From the NCBI RefSeq assembly GCF_006345805.1, contig NC_043001.1, forward strand, positions 95,666,001 through 95,730,000: 64,000 nt of DNA. Reading direction: 5' to 3'. Shown piece by piece: positions 40,734 to 55,618 of the stretch. Source of the DNA: Octopus sinensis. Taxonomy: Eukaryota. How positions within the stretch are numbered: position 1 is the stretch's first letter; the number at the start of each line of letters is the position of its first letter. Below the pieces are notes generated by a model, which saw only the letters and a program-made list of their open reading frames with translations, was not told the DNA's origin and ran no database searches. A program made the position numbers and the translations under genes.

Positions 40734-41521
40734 TAAATATATAATATATATATATGTGTGTGTGTGTGTGTGTATACATACAAATATAATAGTACATATG
40801 TGCTGTAGATGAAATGTAAAACGTATGACGATTCTTATGACGTTAGTTTTGTCATATTCGTGCAACATAAATTTAAATTTGCCGATCAAATATATATTTC
40901 TCTCTACATATATACATGCATTTGAATGTGCGAGCATATACGTGTATATACATACCGAATCGTAACTCGACACACACATACACTCACAACTGAACACGCA
41001 CAACCGCATATCTACATCCGCAAACACACACACACACATGCAAAAGCACACACACTATCCACACACCAATACATATGCATATTGAATGCAATCGCACATA
41101 TATATATTCTTGGTTTTTGTTTTATACGTAGCTATAGAAAGGGATATTTAGCTGCATAACCAGCATGCAAGCCAACATATATATAACTGTATGCATATAA
41201 AGTTACAGCTATAAGCATCCGAATATATATTCTAACATTCATTCATACACATGAATTATGATACTTTGTAGAGAATAACATTAATTTTCTTAAGTGCTTC
41301 ACGTGATTTTATATTTCATAAATATTTCTGTAGGATTCTTTTTATTCTCTGATTTTTAATACAGATTATTGTATTTAGTTACTTTAAAACATTTTCTTTA
41401 AAAGATGAGTTTTTGGCGTGCTGAATGGTATTTCGAATGGTGGCTAATTGCATGCGTTTGTAGCAATGTTAAATTTTGGTTAATTACTGATAAATGGATT
41501 AACAATTACACACACACACAC

Positions 41522-41553
<32 letters not shown>

Positions 41554-41578
41554 GCATATATATATATACATACGTACA

Positions 41579-41617
<39 letters not shown>

Positions 41618-41669
41618 GTATATAATGGAGAGAGAGAGAGAGAAAGTGAGAGGAATATATATATATCTA

Positions 41670-41747
<78 letters not shown>

Positions 41748-42437
41748 TATATACATATATGCTTATTTCTTTATGTAACATATATATTCATACAAATGCG
41801 TGTGAGTTAGTGTGTGTATATTATATATATGCACATACTATGCTTAGGATCTATACAAACATGTGTTCTGCTATTGTATATATATATGAAATATATATAT
41901 ATATATATATATTGCGTGTATATATACGTATACACACACGTATATATTTACGTAAAATATGTCCATGTGTGTTTGTGTGTATGCGAGCGCGCGCGAGTTT
42001 TCGTGGGTGTGTGTATTAGTGTGGATTCAATAAATTTTCATTCGAACGTTTATTTTTATGCAGATGCTGCATTAGCAGGAATCCGCATTTTAATCAGCAT
42101 ATTCGAATACATTGACGAATATGTATTCTTAAGCGCACATTTATGTAGTCTGCTGTTCGGAAGCATGTTCTCCTAGTTTGACGTACGAATAACGAAACTG
42201 ATATATTTACTGTGCTGTACTTTCTGTTAAACCATCCATAGGGTTTCTTATCCTTATCAACGATTGTTAAATATTCTGTGTATAATTGCGCAACTACTTT
42301 GATTCGTTATGTCTTAGAATGCCAGGGTCAAGTAATTGATAATGCCAATAATCCAGGAGCGAGCGTCTCACACTCTTGAATTGTATAGGTATCAAACTTT
42401 TGCAGGAATGTTGACTTGTGCATATATACATACATAT

Positions 42438-43367
42438 GGGCCCTTATTGTTCTTAGTCTTCATAAATGACTTGCCCGACGACCTCACGCAACACACCCTT
42501 CTATTTGCCGACGATATCAAACTGCTCGCTCCTCGCGGTGATATAGAGGATCTTCGTCGATGCCTCCACCAAATTTGGAAGTGGTCTAACGAATGGGACC
42601 TGTGTCTGAACGTGTCAAAGTGCTGTCATCTGCCTGTTGGCTCTCCTCCTGCAACTCAACTTGATTTCGAGCCGGGTCGTCTGCTGCTGGAGAGGACCGA
42701 TCAGGTAAAGGACCTGCGTATCTTGGTGGATTCCTCCTTTTCGCCTTCGGCCCAGTGCGTCCATGCTGCCAACAAAGCACGCGGAATTCTGTTCTTGATT
42801 TGACGGTCATTCGGAATGATCACAGCAGCCATATTCCTACCATTCTATGTCACGCTGGTGAGTCCATATTGGAGTACGGGATTCAAGCCTCTTCTCCTTA
42901 TCTCCTGAAAGACATACATCATCTCTAAAGAGTCCAGAAGCTGGCTACCCGCATGGTTCATGGTCTCAAAAATTTGTCCTATGAAGAAAGGCTGAGGACG
43001 CTCGACCTTTGTTCTCTTGAAAAACGCCGCCGCCGTGGTGATCTCATTCTCGCCCACAACATCATAAGCGGAAAGTGTAACCTCTCAAAAGAGTTGTTCT
43101 TCACTCCTGCTCCAGAGCGTCGGCTGCGGCGTCATTCCGAAAAGCTCTACCTGCGACGATTTCATCTCAATCGAAGGAGAGGAGCTTTCTCCGTCCGGGT
43201 TGCGGATCCGTGGAATAAGCTGCCAGACGAGATGGTGAAGATGCCGACGACCGCTTTGTTCAAAGCCTCCCTGGACCTCAAGTGGCCTGAACTCTTTACA
43301 TGAACACCACCCTGTACTTAACTCCATGTCCCCCTACATGGCCTTGCTATTTGCTTTTGAGCCAAAT

Positions 43368-43399
<32 letters not shown>
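42438..43399 (+). mobile_element. CR1-clade LINE, 5'-truncated, (TAAC)n tail
   Basis: GPLLFLVFINDLPD, LLFADDIKL, YEERLRTLDLCSLEKRRRRGDLI and FSVRVADPWNKLP. Possible TSD acatat(g). Confidence 0.93.
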
Positions 43400-43453
43400 A
43401 TATGCAGTGAATATATACATACAATATAATGCATATATACATACATAGAGATG

Positions 43454-43677
43454 TATGTGAGCAAGCTGAAAACTTCCTAGCGTCGGTTAAAAGAAAATAC
43501 AGGAGGATGAATTAGTTCTGGTTTTCTTCATAATATTTCCACCTCAGATTCAGAATGTTCTTGAAGTGATCCTTTAGTATTTGTTAAAGCCTTTTATTAG
43601 AAGAAGGAACTTTGAGCCCCAATAAGGCTTTTCTCGACTTCCTCAACGGCAAGAATTTTTCAGCATTTCTTTACATA
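43454..43677. mobile_element. Mariner-type MITE, old
   Basis: Degenerate TIRs tatgtgagcaagctgaaaacttcct and aagaatttttcagcatttctttacata; TA at both ends. Confidence 0.55.
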
Positions 43678-43756
43678 ATATTTTATACATACATACACAC
43701 ATACATACATGCATAGATGCATACATACATAAATACATATATACATACATACATAC

Positions 43757-43793
<37 letters not shown>

Positions 43794-43912
43794 CATACAT
43801 AGATAGAAACACTTATCGAAACCTATCTATATTATGTATAGTTGTATCTATATGTCTGTGTGTCTGTATCTCTGTCTATCTAACTATATATCTACCCGTG
43901 TCTAAATATATA

Positions 43913-43977
<65 letters not shown>

Positions 43978-43984
43978 CGAAGTT

Positions 43985-44240
43985 GTGGAGACGCGTAGCC
44001 TAGTGTTTAGTGTGTCAGCATCCTGATCGTAAGATTGTGGTTTCGATTACTGGACAGTGCGACGCTTTGTGTTCTTGAGCAAAACACTTCCTTTCACGTT
44101 GCTCCAGAACACTCAGCTGGCAAAAGTGAGTAACGCTGTGATGTACTTACGCCCCAGCCAGCTGGGGAATACATGCGCCATGGAAACCGGGAAACCGGGC
44201 CCATGAGCCTGGCTAGGCTTTAAAAGGGCGCATTTATTTA
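43985..44240 (+). mobile_element. tRNA-like SINE, head H2 plus tail Y
   Basis: Head matches the reverse complement of 35800-35945; tail matches the reverse complement of 14895-14990. Confidence 0.87.
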
Positions 44241-45289
44241 TATTTTATATAATGACAGAATATAGGTTCAGGTAACAAGTTGCTCATGTTATCAAGTTAT
44301 CTGTCTGTCATTGAATTTTGATATTACTGCTGAAGATGCTGAACTCTTCTGTGTTGTGTGAAAGAGTTACTATCTTTTAATATTCAGTTTACATATAAAC
44401 ACACACACACTCACACACATATATATATGCACATGTGTGTGTGGCTGTGTGTGTGTGTTTGTGCGTACGTGTTTGTGTTTGTGTGTGTTTGCGTATGTGT
44501 TTGTGTGTTCGTATGTGCCTATGTATTTTTATGTTAGTTCATTCTGTCTAATAATGTTTGTAACTCATGTTTGGTTTTGCAATGTAATTTTAGATTTTCA
44601 TTAAATATTTTGAGCGCTACTCAAATATGGCAGCGATGCAGTAACATACATGTTGAAATGTGAATTTTTACGTACATGCATGTTTACGTTGTAAGCGATA
44701 TAACCACAGCCATATTCATTGTGTACGCGTATGCTGTTACATAGAGAGGAAAAGAGAACAGGGAGAGCGCGAGAGAGATATCGCATAAGGGATACAGAAA
44801 TTGGGCCATGTTGGACAGATTTAATTACCCGATATTATTCCCGTTTCATTTCTTTAAAATATATGTAACTTTAGATAACCCAACTAGTATAAATCTTCAG
44901 AGGTTTTAATTTTGTTTATCATTTTATGACAGAATTTACATATTGATATAATTGGCATTTCAGTATCATTAGATGTCGGCATTCATTATTTACTTTGATC
45001 CATTAATTACTGATGGTAAATACACGAGAATCCAAGAAAACTATCATTTTATTTCATTAACCTTAATTTACTTTGAAGGATGAATCAATTTCATTACATG
45101 CTTCTTTTAGAGATATTTACAATTGTAAGGTGTCGTAGGTAAATATAAAGAAATTAATTAAACTGATACCAAAAATTTCCCGATCTTAAGGCACGATGTT
45201 ACTACATAATGGAGACATGAAATCAATATATAAACGCGCAACAATCGCACATACATATTATATACATACCCATCCCCACATTTTCCCAC

Positions 45290-45648
45290 CTACACATACA
45301 TACACACACACGTCCAGACCAACCAGCCCTCTTCCACACGCACACACATAATCTCTTATACATACGTACCTTCGTGTTGGGGGTCATCTTTATTTTGTTA
45401 TCTCCCCCTGCTTCTTCCCTCTCGTGTGTGACCCTTCTGGCTTGCAGTCGCCATGCTAGATCGTTAGGCACTACACACATTTTTTTCTCTCCTCGTTTCT
45501 CTCCTGGTTTTGTCAGTGTTCCTTTCTGTAGAAGAGAGTAGACTCTAAACGTAAAAGACTTTTTCTCTTCCTGAGCGTTATACTAATACACCTGTTTGCT
45601 TTGTACACCACCTGTCTCCTTCGTCTTTTGTTTCTTTTCGTAAACTCT

Positions 45649-45652
<4 letters not shown>
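45290..45652 (+). mobile_element. Solo PLE terminal repeat (family of 18290-18632)
   Basis: cacacgtccagacc...gccatgctagatcgttag...ctgtagaagag...cctgagcgttatactaataca, ending at (TA)n. Confidence 0.8.
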
Positions 45653-45735
<83 letters not shown>

Positions 45736-46007
45736 TATATATATAAATAATATACAAATACAATACACACGCACATATATATACAGCTGTATGTATATAT
45801 ATATATATATACAGTTACTTTACCAAGAGTTATTTTAATATTTACAGTTTAAAATACCAACTGTATTCTACAATGTCTATTAAATTATATTCTTCAAAGT
45901 TTGTAAGCGTAATACTACGCTTGTTACATATATATAAATATATATATTCCATAGATAAGATTTTTTTCCGTAGAATTACATATTTCGTAAATCAAGTTTG
46001 TGATATA

Positions 46008-46879
46008 CGAGGTATTACCAAAAATTTACCGATCTAGTTCTGTACCACGCCAATAGATAGGAACGATTCGCTGCGTGTGTAGCGGGATTTAACACTGACT
46101 TTCGTGGTACAGTGTGGAGAATGATATCGCTGCATTTGTTCTTTGCAAGTTAGGACATTTTTGTCTTTGTGACCGCATGTATGCTGTATTCTGCGATTTT
46201 GTCATGGACAGGAACAAAATACCAACGTGAAATTTTGCGTTAAATATGGGACGTCTGCCGCTGAGACATTAATTGTGCTTCACCAAGATTACGGTAACGA
46301 GGCAATAAGTCGACCGCAATGTTTCGTGTGCCACAGGTGCTTCAAAGGCGGAATAACGTTCCTCGAAAACGATGAACGAGCTGAAAGAACTGCAACGGAC
46401 GTTATTCCCGGAAATTTGGTATTGTGCAATTTGTCCTCTAGGGACACACCGCCAATAGAAAGTTTTACTGTGACGTTTTACAGCATTTAAGGGAGGACAA
46501 TTGGCAACAGCAACCCGATCTGCGGAACGCGAAGAATTGGATTCTTTACAACAAGGCATCTTCTAACCTATCTCTCCTCGCTCGTGATTTTCTCGCCAAA
46601 AGTAGTATGGTGTCCCTTCCGCACCTGCCTTATTCGCCATGTTAAACACATTCAGACTACCTTCTTGTTAACCAGATGAAAATGCAGCTCAAAGATCGCC
46701 GTATTAAATTTGCAAACACAAAACGACGTTCAGGCTGGATTTCAAAAGGGACTGGTATTCTGGGACCGGTGTGTTGTTGCGCAAGGTAACTATTTCGAAG
46801 GAGATGATTTCCAAACTTAGATAAATAAGTTAATTTTTATTAAAAACAACTAGTTCGGTAACGTTTACATACCAACTTG
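46008..46879 (+). mobile_element. Mariner (DD34D-type) transposon, internally deleted and decayed
   Basis: KFCVKYGTSAAET...YGNEAISRPQCF...FKGG...LENDER and LPHLPYSP (cf. HPPYSPDL). Degenerate TIRs flanked by TA at 46006-7 and 46880-1. Confidence 0.85.
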
Positions 46880-46989
46880 TATATAGTTTTGAACGAGTAT
46901 TTGGTAACGACAATGAATCTATCTTCAAAATGTGAAATGTAAAATAATATTCTTCGGTATATAATTACAACACATACTTTATTCTAGAC

Positions 46990-47186
46990 CAGTGGTTCCC
47001 AAACTTTTTAGAGTCGCGTCTCCCTATTTATCACACCAGTTTATAACGATCCACTTAACTCTACTGAGTATCTCGATAGACAGCAGTTAATCAAAGCTAA
47101 TGCGTAATTTTATAACATTTTGCGACACACTAAGATTCCGTTCGCGACCCATCTGTAGGTCGCAACTCATAGTTTGGGAACCACTG
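46990..47186. mobile_element. hAT (Charlie-like) MITE
   Basis: 16-bp perfect TIR cagtggttcccaaact; 8-bp TSD ttctagac/ttctaaac. Confidence 0.9.
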
Positions 47187-49112
47187 TTCTAAACTGGTCT
47201 GACATTTAATTACGCTCTTACAATTCTTTCCGCTTTCACCAGTTGCATAGTTCCGAGTAGAATCTTTATGAAATCTTTATAACGCGGAGAGTAAAAACAG
47301 TGAGTATAGGAGCCTGACATCTTTATATCACTTAGTGCTGGTGGCCGTTGAGACGTCACATTTTCTAGGAACCGTACTACCGATTTCCTCCGCTCACTAA
47401 GGATAGTGGTGGCCTTTCAAATAAAGGTTCCTAGGAAGGTGGAGTGGCTACTGCAACTAGAGTCGTTAGGCAGTCTCTATGGCAACACCACCACTGTCGT
47501 TACCGTTGGAGCGACCGAGCGCCCCTCATGTTCTGGGTTATGTAGCCCACCTCTCCTCCGATACTGTCATCCGTTGCTTTGCTCCCATTCTTCACCATTT
47601 GTATCTTCTTTATTTTTATCTTGTTAAAATACATAATTTACATCTCAGTTCGTGAATTGCAATTTTATATCTTTATGATGGAAATTAAGAATTTATATGT
47701 ATGTTGGGATATTTTCAGCGGAATGAATAAAATACCATGTATTAGATATGTATTAATAAGTGGCTCTTCAGACAATTGCTCCAAGCAAGGATTTCTGCTC
47801 GAAAACATTATAATATTCGATATTTCGTTTTGCGTATAGAGGATGCAATGTCTTATTCTGTTTTGCAAAACATACATTTCCACGGAATTTAGAATATTTT
47901 TCATGCAGTTAAACTTGCCAATGATATTCATTCTCATTGCTTTTTCTTCATATTATGCTATTCATCCGATTATCTGCAAAATATACTTATTTATTCCTTA
48001 CATCTTTTCCTTTGTACTTCCTTGAATTTCAGACATGTTAAATAAATTTTCACTTTGTGGACAAAAAGTTTCTTACAATTTACAATGCTTGAGAATGTTT
48101 ATTGTAAGTGACGTTTGAAAAATTATTTTCGGAAATGTCAGCCTGATTTTTCGGGAAATCCAAAGTAACAATATTGTTTATATATCTGATATCCAAGAAT
48201 GCCAAGAGAATAGACATTTCACACAAATTACACATTGCTTTTGAAGCTCTTTGTTTTATTATACCAGTGGCTCTCTAGGCTCTTAGCACATAAACTTTAA
48301 AATGCAAAATGTAACCAAAATGCCAATAAATAACGATAAAGGTAACTCTAAGATTTAATAACAATATAGTGTTCTTTCCTTGGCGCAATATAAAACATAT
48401 ATGCTAAGAATATATAGTCTATTAATGATACTATTATACTTAATCTAAATTGTTTAAAATAGCTGCAGAAACAATTACACACACATGTTAAATGAAATGA
48501 AGCGGCACAGGTAGAAACTTTTAATTCAAATCACAGGATATATCCCTCCAGATCCCTGTCTATTCGACAATTTTAATTTATGCAAATGAATCGTTAACTA
48601 GTACTTCATTGATATTTTTACTATTAACTGAGTACACGGGTCAAAAAAATAGTGAAAGTGCGATGAATCTTTAGTCACCATCAACAATTCTACAAACATT
48701 ACGCTATGAAAAGGGTGTTGTGAAGATGAATATATTTGAACTTTTCCACGGATTTTAATATAAATTTTCTATCATAATAACTGCTTCCGTTGTGGTAGCA
48801 ACGTGACTTCAGGAATATAATGAAGCTAATAAAATATACAAAGGTAAGCGGGCAATGTGCATTAATCAATCGGCTCGGATAAAAGGAATGGCATTGAATT
48901 TAATGAGAACCCCACGAACATCACCATAATCAAAATGAATAAGCATGATTCATTAAAATTTTCTACGAAGAGTCAACGTAAATTCTTGTATACAAAATTG
49001 GTCCATCAATTTATTATATATCGCAAAAGGTTATAATAGAATCAAACAAACGTAATACGTAACATAATTCTCTATCAAAGGTATTGAAATATATATGAGA
49101 ACTTAAACTATA

Positions 49113-49556
49113 GATGCAGGAGTGGCTGTGTGGTAAGTAGCTTGCTTACCAAACACACGGTTCTGGGTTCATTCCCACTGAATGGCACATTGGGCAAGTG
49201 TCTTCTACTATAGCCTTGGGCCGACCAAACCTTGTGAGTGGATTTGGTAGAAAGAAACTGAAATAAGCACGTCGTATATGTGTGTGAGCATATATATATA
49301 TATATATATATACATATATGATATGTATGTGTATATGTTTGTGTGTCTGTATTTGCGCCCCCCCAACATCGCTTGAAAACCGATGGTGGTGTGTTTACGT
49401 CCCCATAAACTAGGGCTTCGGCAAAAAGAGACCGATAGAATAAGTGCTATGCTTCCAAAGAATAAGCCCTGGGCTCGATTTGCTCGACTAAAGGCGATTC
49501 TCCAGCATGGCCGCTGTGAAATGACTGAAACAAGTGAATGAGAGTAAAGAGAGTGA
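49113..49556 (+). mobile_element. SINE family A, full length
   Basis: Colinear with 21167-21594. Confidence 0.9.
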
Positions 49557-50184
49557 ACAATGTATAGTATGTCTTTATGTATAGTATGTTATTTACGCCC
49601 TGCTCAGTTATATTGTATGTGCTGACAAACATATAGTGTGCTACTTACAGATTATACTAGATTCCACCTACCCTAAATATTAAATATCGCAGTAAAATCT
49701 CAATAATCGTCTCTGATCAGCAATCTTCTGCATCCCTACTGCCTCTTCGTTCTTTTTTACAGAACAATTATTCTGTGTTTTGCGCGCGCTTTTGAGAGTG
49801 GAGTGGGTTAATGCATTTCTGCGTGAATGCAGTCCATTAATTATTTTTCCGCTAATATTTTTTCTTTTTTTTTTTACGTTTTTATACTTCATTGGTCTTA
49901 TCACTTTCTACGCAAGTGACATCCTAGGTTCTTGAACGTTGTTGATTGACCTGCGAGAAATATTCGCCATATCACCATCATACCACACCTAAATTCTTCA
50001 AAACATACTGGTTTGATAACGTGATTTTAACTGCTCTGAACACGAAAAACGATAAAAAAAGAACCAAACAAAAAACCAAGGTTGTCACTGTTACATTAAA
50101 TTCCTCCCTCGTCTTTAAGTTTATAGTTGAGCGGGAGTCAAATAAACCAACCGCAAAAACCAATGACCACTAACCGTTCATTTT

Positions 50185-50306
50185 ACTTCACATCGTATTT
50201 CTTCTGACACTTTTACTACCTTATATTCAACGTGTTCACAGATTTTCACAAAAAATTCTTATATTACGATTACTGCATCAACACTGGTACGTACATCGGA
50301 TATGGA

Positions 50307-50385
<79 letters not shown>

Positions 50386-50930
50386 TATATATATGTATGT
50401 ATGTATATATATAACGACCAATATCACACTAATTCTGAGTGAGATTTGTCTCTTGTTAGAAAAAAAAGCATGAATATGAGATTCTTCAACTCCTTCGGTT
50501 ATTCAAGTGAACATATCTTCCACAATATGTTTCGTATATTAATTTATGTCGAAGCAGAGGCAGCCAGTCTTCAAGAGATTTGCATCTTGCTTTTCACACC
50601 ACTTCACATCGTATTTCTTCTGACTCTTCTACTACCTTATATTCATCGTGTTTACAGATTTTCCATTAAAAAAAAATTATATTACGATTACTGCATCAAT
50701 GCCACTACGTAAATCGCATATGTAATATATGTAGCGACCAATATCACAATACTTCTGAGTGAGCTTCCTCTCTTGTTAGAAAAAAAAGCAAGAGCATAAG
50801 ATCATTCTACTCCTTCGGTTATTCAACTGAACATATCTTCAACAATCTTTTTTTTTTTTTTGTGTATTAATTTATGTCAAAGCAGACAGCAGCAAGTCTT
50901 CAAGGGATTTGCATCTCAGCTTTAACACCA
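50185..50930. repeat. Diverged tandem duplication (50185-50600 and 50601-50930)
   Basis: Both units start acttcacatcgtatttcttctgac; only unit 1 has a long (TA)n. Confidence 0.9.
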
Positions 50931-51049
50931 CAAATGAAGAGAAGAAAATAAGAATTATTATTATTATTGATATTTTCTTTTATAATTCCATCCTTAATAT
51001 ATGAATACATGCCTGTCTGAAAATTGACTCGTTGCAAGGTATAACAAGA

Positions 51050-51500
51050 AAATTTCAATAAACAACACAGATGTATCCCAGATGTGAAAGTATGTAGCTT
51101 AAGAGGTACAACTGTGTGTTCGTGACCACAAGGTTGAATAGACAGCACAGTTTGTGCTGGATCATTGTATTTTATATCATGATGATGTCGCCTACAGAGC
51201 TGAAGTTAAAAACCTGCAGAAGCCTGGTCAAACCGCTTTTCTCACCAGTGATCATAGTAAGATATTCCAAGGGCATATTTTGGAATATCGTGTTTCTTTG
51301 TCTCTTACTGGCAACATAGCTCCTCGAGGCAACAAGGAATACATAGTGCAAGCTGTCCTGTCCCACCCGCTTGAATATGAGAGCTTAGATTTCATATCTA
51401 TAAATATTAAAAAAAAGAAACAAAATGTAATTTTACATAATTCCCATAGAGATATCACTACAACGACAGGATGGCCGAAGATGGAACGCCTCTTTTAACA
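51050..51500 (+). mobile_element. Highly decayed RTE-like APE fragment
   Basis: LDHCIL...FLTSDH resembles the APE LD..I...SDH motifs. Confidence 0.4.
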
Positions 51501-52269
51501 GCGTGTACTCAGGCTGGCTGATATTGTGAGGCACAGCAGCAACGACTAGAAGAATCACAACAAAAACATAGCTGATTTCCATAAGCAAAGAGGTGCTTAA
51601 GTACTTGCAAGAAATATATTACTGTACAACCTGAAAAGCTATGAATACAAATTCTCACATGCAGCAAACGTCTAGTGTCATGACACTTACATAAATCAAG
51701 CAAAAGTGATTTGGCGTTTGACAAAAATGGAACTTACAAATCAACCAAATCTTCGACCTCGACTTGAAAGAGGAAGGAAATCATTATCAAGACACCGACT
51801 TTCTAACAGTAAGGCTAACATACCACATTTATTTTGTTCGGCAAACAAGGTTAAGATAAAGCTGTAAAACACAACCTGGTATATACAACTTGTAAATTAT
51901 TGACGTCCGTATATATCCATCCATGTTAACAAACCCGTTTATATAGGCTGTTCTAAGACGAAGCTGCTAGTGTTAAAAACAATGTCCAGTCATTCCTTTG
52001 TTAACACTCCTTCGTCGCAAGTAGGGAGAATTACATAAGCTGTTAGTCCTTAATAAGCAGACAAAATGTTTTAGTGACTACTCGTATGAGAAATTGTAGG
52101 GGAATATTCAGTGTTGCACTGGTCTGCATTCTTAATGAAAATCTATTTAATGTGAAGCTCAATAAAAGAGAATGGTCATTCAAATGATGAACAAAAAATA
52201 ATAATGTAGTTATAAGTTCTGAAATACTTCTGGACTCATAAAAATTCAAGTCAAAATAATATAAAATTT

Positions 52270-52845
52270 AGTTCTTTATTGCCCACAGGGGGATAAACAT
52301 AGAGGGGACATACAAGGACAGATATAGGGATTAAGTCGACCTCAGTGTGCAATTGGTACTTATTTAATCAATCCCGAGAAATGAAAGCCGAAGTCGATCT
52401 AGGCGGAATTTGAATTAAGAAGGTAACGGCAGACGAAATACCTATTTCTTTACTACCCACAAGGAGCTAAACACAGAGAGGACAAACAAGGACAGACACA
52501 CGGATTAAGTCGATTATATCGACCCCAGTGCGTAACTGGTACTTATTTAATTGACCCCGAAAGAATGAAACGCAAAGTCGACCTCGGTGGAATTTGAACT
52601 AAGAAGGTAACGACAGACGAAATACGTATTTCTTTATTACCCACAAGGAGCTAAACACATAGGGAACACACAAGGACAGACATAGGTATTAAGTGGATTA
52701 CATCGACCCCAATTCGTAACTGGTACTTAATTTATCGACCCCGAAAGGATGAAAGGCAAAGTCGACCTCGGTGGAATTTGAACTTACAACGTAACGCAGA
52801 CGAAATACCGCTAGGCATTTCGCCCAGCGTGCTAACGTTTCTTGC
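52270..52845 (-). mobile_element. SINE B variant as a head-to-tail trimer (units about 175-185 bp, single head)
   Basis: Units start at about 52272, 52445 and 52629; only the rightmost keeps the 5' head. Confidence 0.85.
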
Positions 52846-53100
52846 AGGAACAAAATAATAATTAAGACCAGAAGTAAAGCATTAAACAAATAAATTGCAC
52901 AAAAATTACACCAATGTAAACAAGTGTTAATTGAACTTGCTAAACATACTCAATTAGTACACAACCATTTGTTAAAAGAAATCACATTAGCAGTTTTGAC
53001 CCTATAGAGCTGAAATCGAGATCATCGGCATAGCAGAAATATGTATTCTACCAAGGAAGCAGTATAAATTGATATCGATATCATAAATGTATATTGAAGA

Positions 53101-53290
53101 GGCGGCGAGCTGGCAGAAACATTAGCACACCGGGCGAAATGCTTAGGAGCATTTCGTCTTTCGCTACATTCTGAGTTCAAATTCTGCCGAGGTCGACATT
53201 GCCTTTCATCATTTCGGGGTCGATAAATTAAGTACCAGTTGCGTACTGGGGCGATATAATCGACTGGCCTCCTCCCCAAAAAATTTCTAG
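53101..53290 (+). mobile_element. SINE family B (further decayed copies at about 12245-12405, 40055-40215, 53795-53975)
   Basis: Head ggcggcgagctggcagaa, B-box-like gagttcaaattc, central gaggtcgac..tgcctttcatc.tttcggggtcgataaattaagtacc. From memory this resembles the MetaSINE domain; unverified. Confidence 0.87.
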
Positions 53291-55378
53291 ACAAGAAAAA
53301 ATGGATATTGAAGTGGTATCACACTTCAATTCTCCTGCATCCGCGAATTCCCGACGCGTTATAAGGAATATCTTATTTTTAACTCAAGATTATTTTAGGC
53401 TCACAAATGAATATTTACTTATTTCTAATGGAAGCGTTCGTAGAAAGTTATATGCAAGTAGCATGAAATTAATTCACCCGTACCCAATTGGTATTTTTCC
53501 AGAGATGCATGTAGTATGACACACAGTGGTACCGTTAATATATAAACGGAATATAACAAGAGGAACGTCCAAACATTTAGTCGGACATAACATCTCTAAG
53601 TTATAAAGATATTAATGCTAGGAATAACACAATAATGTTCATGTGGAAGCCACGAACTGAACGAGTGTTTCTGTAGTATTGAGAGTAATCCTCTCTTCAC
53701 TCTTCGTTTGTACATCAAACCTATTGGAGCGCTAATTATGCCACTCCGAACTTGCATATCTTTTCAGCAGGAATTATCTTAATTAGATCTCACAAGATCG
53801 TTAGCGTGTCGGATAAAACCCCTAACAGGATTGCTTCTGTTTTTTTACTTTCCGAGTTCAAATGCTGACAAAGTTAATTTTGACTTCCACTTTTTCGTGA
53901 TTGCCATAAGTATTAGTCGAACACTAGGGGTAAACGCGTTCAACTATAGGCAGAACATTTGAATGTTGTGCCTATACTTGAATGAAATAGGCATAATGAA
54001 AGAAATAGGCATAATCAATTGGCATAATGAATAGGCAAAACAGGAGAATTAAATCATCGCAACGGCTCATATGCATCCCTACTTACAAGCATAGGAAGTG
54101 ATATATTGCCGTTCAACTCAATAAATAGGAAACAAAAAGAATTTAAGAATATTGACAGAGAAACTACAAATCTATAAAATGCATTACGTAAAATTTCTAT
54201 TTAATTTTCTCTACGTCGATAAATTAAGTACGAGTAACATGCTAGTTTCTTTTGATTGACTGCTTTGTGGCCTCAAATTTGTAGGAGTGTACGCCGACAG
54301 ATTGAAAACATTATTATACTGCTTAAACGTCATTTGTATACTAAATAAATGTGTGCTAAATACTAAGTCAGTGTAATATTTTCCTTTAGAAATATATTAT
54401 TTAATGCTGATGCCCAACTGTACTGGCAAATATCGTCAGATTCAATTGAAATAATGAGTTCTTACCTCCAACTAAAGTTCCCATCTGTGTTGGACATTAA
54501 TTCCTTGTTTAAAATTCTACTTTGCAATTGTTACACAAGGTGTGTTCAATACAAATCATCAATAAGCAAATATTGATCTGATAAAACCAGACTAACATGG
54601 CAACCGATAAACGATTTTGTTTAATCTCAAACGTGTCTATTAATTAACTTGTCGAACAAAAATAGACACAAACACCATATTTTATCATTGCCAACAGCCA
54701 ACAGCTAAATACTAAAAAAAGTAGAAAGATACATTTCTTCATTTACAACTGATACATCGCCTTCTATTGATATAAATTGACTATTTTTTCATGACTGCAC
54801 TAAGTAACAGATTGACGTTTATCTAAAACCTCCTCAATTTGAATTGGCGCATATTCGGCAGGAAAGCTAGCAAACTCTAATCAATAAGATCATTCATAAC
54901 CGAACAAAATTTTGCTTACGAGGCAAACAGACCGAAAGAGAAACGCTGTATTTGTGGAGGGGAACGAATCGCCTGGCTATAGTAATATTTCGTTAATTGA
55001 AATATAAGTTTACGCAGATCAATACGCTTCTTTCCTTCTTAATTTTCGTCCACAGATTTCATTACGGGATAATAAAATTTGAGGCTCTGTCTGTGTCTTA
55101 ATAATTTGCCGATAATATATACTGCGTTTTCTTTTTCTTTTCCATAGACACCTTGATTAAAAGTGCCCAGGGTCACTCATATTTAAGTCTAGGAACCGAA
55201 TGTATACACTGTATGCAGTTTCTCTATTACGATAAAGCAATAGACTAAAACTTGACTATGTCTTGCTTTGACACCTTTAATAATCAATTTTTCGTTGATG
55301 GACAAATAATCATATAGAAAAAAACACAGGAGTAAACATACACGCACATACACACACATGCACATATATACTCACACG

Positions 55379-55422
<44 letters not shown>

Positions 55423-55529
55423 TATATATATAATATATATATATATGTATATATTATATATATATGTGTATATATATTATATATAATATATGTATATATA
55501 TTATATATAATATATATATATATACATTG

Positions 55530-55618
<89 letters not shown>

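Noticed and set aside
55148-55248. Acceptor-like tttctttccatag followed by a short open frame
   Set aside because: Unrecognisable 33-aa peptide and no supporting exon chain.
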